Below, piece after piece: positions 45,444 to 47,896 of a stretch of 47,896 nucleotides of DNA (the stretch's first letter is position 1; each line of letters begins with the position of its first letter). Both the position numbers and the translations under genes were made by a program. Source of the DNA: Malacoraja senta (taxonomy: Eukaryota); contig JAXLNO010000146.1 in the NCBI GenBank assembly GCA_038087875.1, positions 930,001 to 977,896 of the forward strand, in the 5' to 3' direction. The notes below the pieces were generated by a model that saw only the letters and a list, made by a program, of their open reading frames with translations, was not told where the DNA came from and did not search any database.

Positions 45444-46262
45444 ATAATAATAATAATAATATATTTTATTTTAAGGGCGCCTAATACCGAGGTCTCTAGG
45501 ACACCTTACAATTTAAGAAACATATAAACATATAATCAGAGTAAAACAAGTTATAAAGACATCACAAATACACAAATTAAAAACAGAAATTCGATCCATT
45601 TTGAAGACAACAACAAAATTCAGAAAACACAACATGAAGGGAGAGCAGCGGCAGCCAAACCGCGCCAGCGTACACTCTCCCTTCCGCCCACCATGTTGGA
45701 CATAGACTAACACAGACTAACACAGACACTTAACACTACACACAAAATCATCCCCCCACAATGGTTACCACTGTGGGGGGAGGCACAATGTCCAGTCCCC
45801 AACCCAGTTCTCCCCAGAGTCAGGCCCATCGAGGCCGCCACAGTTGCCTCTACGGAGGCCCGATGTTCCTGGCCGTCGGGAGAGTCCTCGCAGCGGCTGG
45901 AACGGCCGGTTTCCCAGCGGAGTCGATGGCACCTGAAGCCGCCAGGGCCGCGCCGATTTGGAGCCACGAGGCTCCCGATGTTAAAGTCGGCGCCGCCGCT
46001 GCCCGCGGATGGTCGCTCCGCAGACCCGCAGCCCGGAGGTGTTGATCTCGGCGGTCACCGCATACCTGAGCTCCACCGCGTCGACCCAGCGCGGCGACCC
46101 AGGCAAGGCATCGCCCACTACGCTCCCCGATAGCGCTCCAGCGCTGTGCCGCCGACCGAAGCTGAAGGTGCTGGGCGGTCCCCGTCAGGAAACGGCGCTC
46201 CATGGCGGCTGGTAGGCCATTTTAGCAGCCGTTCCTCCAAGATGGCGGCTCCAAGATGGAGC
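45444..46262 (-). mobile_element. non-autonomous retroposon: CpG-rich head, LINE-type 3' end with (ATT)n tail
   Basis: minus strand ends gtgtcctagagacctcggtattaggcgcccttaaaataaaatatattattattatt; head carries CAAGATGGCGGC YY1-like motifs; no coding similarity seen. Confidence 0.55.
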
Positions 46263-47896
46263 GAAGTATCCCATTTGTTTTGCTAAGTCACGTTCCCTGA
46301 GCATCAAGATGGATTCGGGACATGTATATTTAGAGGGTTTTCTATTTTCACGACTTCAATAGATATTGGCAGAGGAAGATCGTTGAATTTTAACTGTGTT
46401 CGGGAGGCAATTGATGTCGGGAACAGGATTTCCCGTAAAGGTAATTGAGAGATTGGACTTATTATGTGTCATGGGGACCATGGGCACATACAACAGAGAA
46501 GCACGTCAATCGACCCATCCTGAGCGCACCGACCATCGGTGATGGCAACACTGCGAAGAACGCGATGCCCAGATGCTTCTCATCATAGACAAAGTTCCAA
46601 GTTATTTCGGTAAAATTAGCAGATTATGCGTAAAGGCAACGCACAATTGTTGCTTCTGTGAAGGACCAGGTACTTGTACTTGTTCACTTAATCCAGTTTG
46701 ATCTCTGCCATAACTGATCCTGATGGTTGCAATACTTCACATTAACAGAGAAGGTTATTTTATTACACTCATTGCCATCACGTTTCAACTCTACTGCGGA
46801 GACAAATGTCCCTTCTCTTTTTCTGCAGTTCTGGGGAACTGGGCCAAGGGTATCGGACACGAAATATTAGCTACTTCTATTCCACTATTTTCTGTCACTA
46901 TTTCAGATTTCCAACTAATACGTTGTTATTGTTTAGATTGTGTTGCTCTGCATCGGGAGGCGTATAGGTTTGCCCTGGTCCTAATAGTTTCCTGAGCCGA
47001 ACTCACCATTGTGCATCTCATGAGATGCAGAATTTAGGATTTCAACACGAATACATTGCACATATTCACAATTACAATAACACTGGTACAATATTCCAAG
47101 CATCTCATTTATGTACCAACGGAGCACAATTTCAACATATCTGAATCATTATAGATTTCAGGTGTATGTTTAAACCTCCGTATCTCAATTAGCAATAACG
47201 AATGAAGAGCAACAGTTGTTCAAGTAAACAAGGGAATAACAGTTCACAAGAAATTAGTGAATGTGTTCACCAAGAATGCTTTGTGGGAAAATAACTAAAA
47301 CATAATGTATTGCTTCTCGTTTTAAAATTTATTTCAAAATGTGTCAGTTATCCATAAGAATAACGACAAAATATTACATAAAAAAGAAACCACTCATAAT
47401 TCCTTACTTTATGCAATGCTCATAGCGGCATTAAGGTTTCCCTGAGATAGTAATAGACTTCAGTAGGTGACTGGGGTGTTTGCTAAATTTAATCAGAAAA
47501 TAGATTATGTCCGACTGAAGGATCCGCACAGGATCCCGCTTAAAAAAATATTTGTCGTTCTAGATTCAAATCCTTGACCTTCCTGTTAGCCTGCCTATTA
47601 AAAGACATTATGGATATATTTGGAATTTGGATATAATTGTTTACATCACTACCGAAATGTGAAGTGCAACGATATTCGGACAGAGTCGGCGATACAGTTT
47701 GTTTGGTTTATTAAAATACGGATTGTAATTCAGAAAACGCCTCTTACACGGGTAGAACACGTACGACGGAGATAATCTTCTTGAAAAGTAATTAAAATGT
47801 AAAAGTAATTTGACCGGGCAACTAATGGATAATTAGAAAAACGCTAAAGGACGCAGACATATTGACATTTCGGGTCGGTATCATTCTTCAAACTAA

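Noticed and set aside
45707..46215. Overlapping Ala/Arg/Gly-rich ORFs
   Set aside because: Expected from GC-rich repeat sequence; no domain recognisable
46723..46995. Hydrophobic 90-aa ORF as the missing GPCR exon 2
   Set aside because: Lacks all family motifs (LSR, AxAD, DRF, ICC) and is far too short

Overview
Eukaryotic, repeat-dense vertebrate DNA. The repeat families (CR1, V-SINE, Penelope, Rex1/Babar, L1) and the GPCR type point to a cartilaginous fish such as a skate or ray; this is inference. Host-gene content: (i) a minus-strand TRIM RING/B-box exon (10578-11024) with a frameshift and a perfect hairpin in the B-box, probably a pseudogene; (ii) a complete two-exon GPR139-like class A GPCR (32711-32780 + 33554-34455, 323 aa) with TATA/Inr; (iii) a second GPR139-like first exon (42588-42657) missed by the ORF track, lying just downstream of a 3'-truncated L1 that keeps its promoter and ORF1. 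Mobile DNA includes a near-intact 4741-bp Ty3/Gypsy (Mag-like) LTR retrotransposon (23484-28224, minus) with LTRs differing by 1 bp, an AACAC TSD, PBS, PPT and one frameshift in the protease active site. There are also three CR1 LINEs with open RT ORFs, a 5'-inverted (twin-primed) L1 with a 15-bp TSD, Penelope RT/GIY-YIG fragments, many Penelope-associated short repeats carrying a minimal hammerhead-ribozyme motif, V-SINEs, two minisatellites born inside retroposons and a long polypurine tract. There are no prokaryotic features, CRISPR arrays, rRNA or genuine tRNA genes. Most short ORFs in the track are antisense or low-complexity artefacts.
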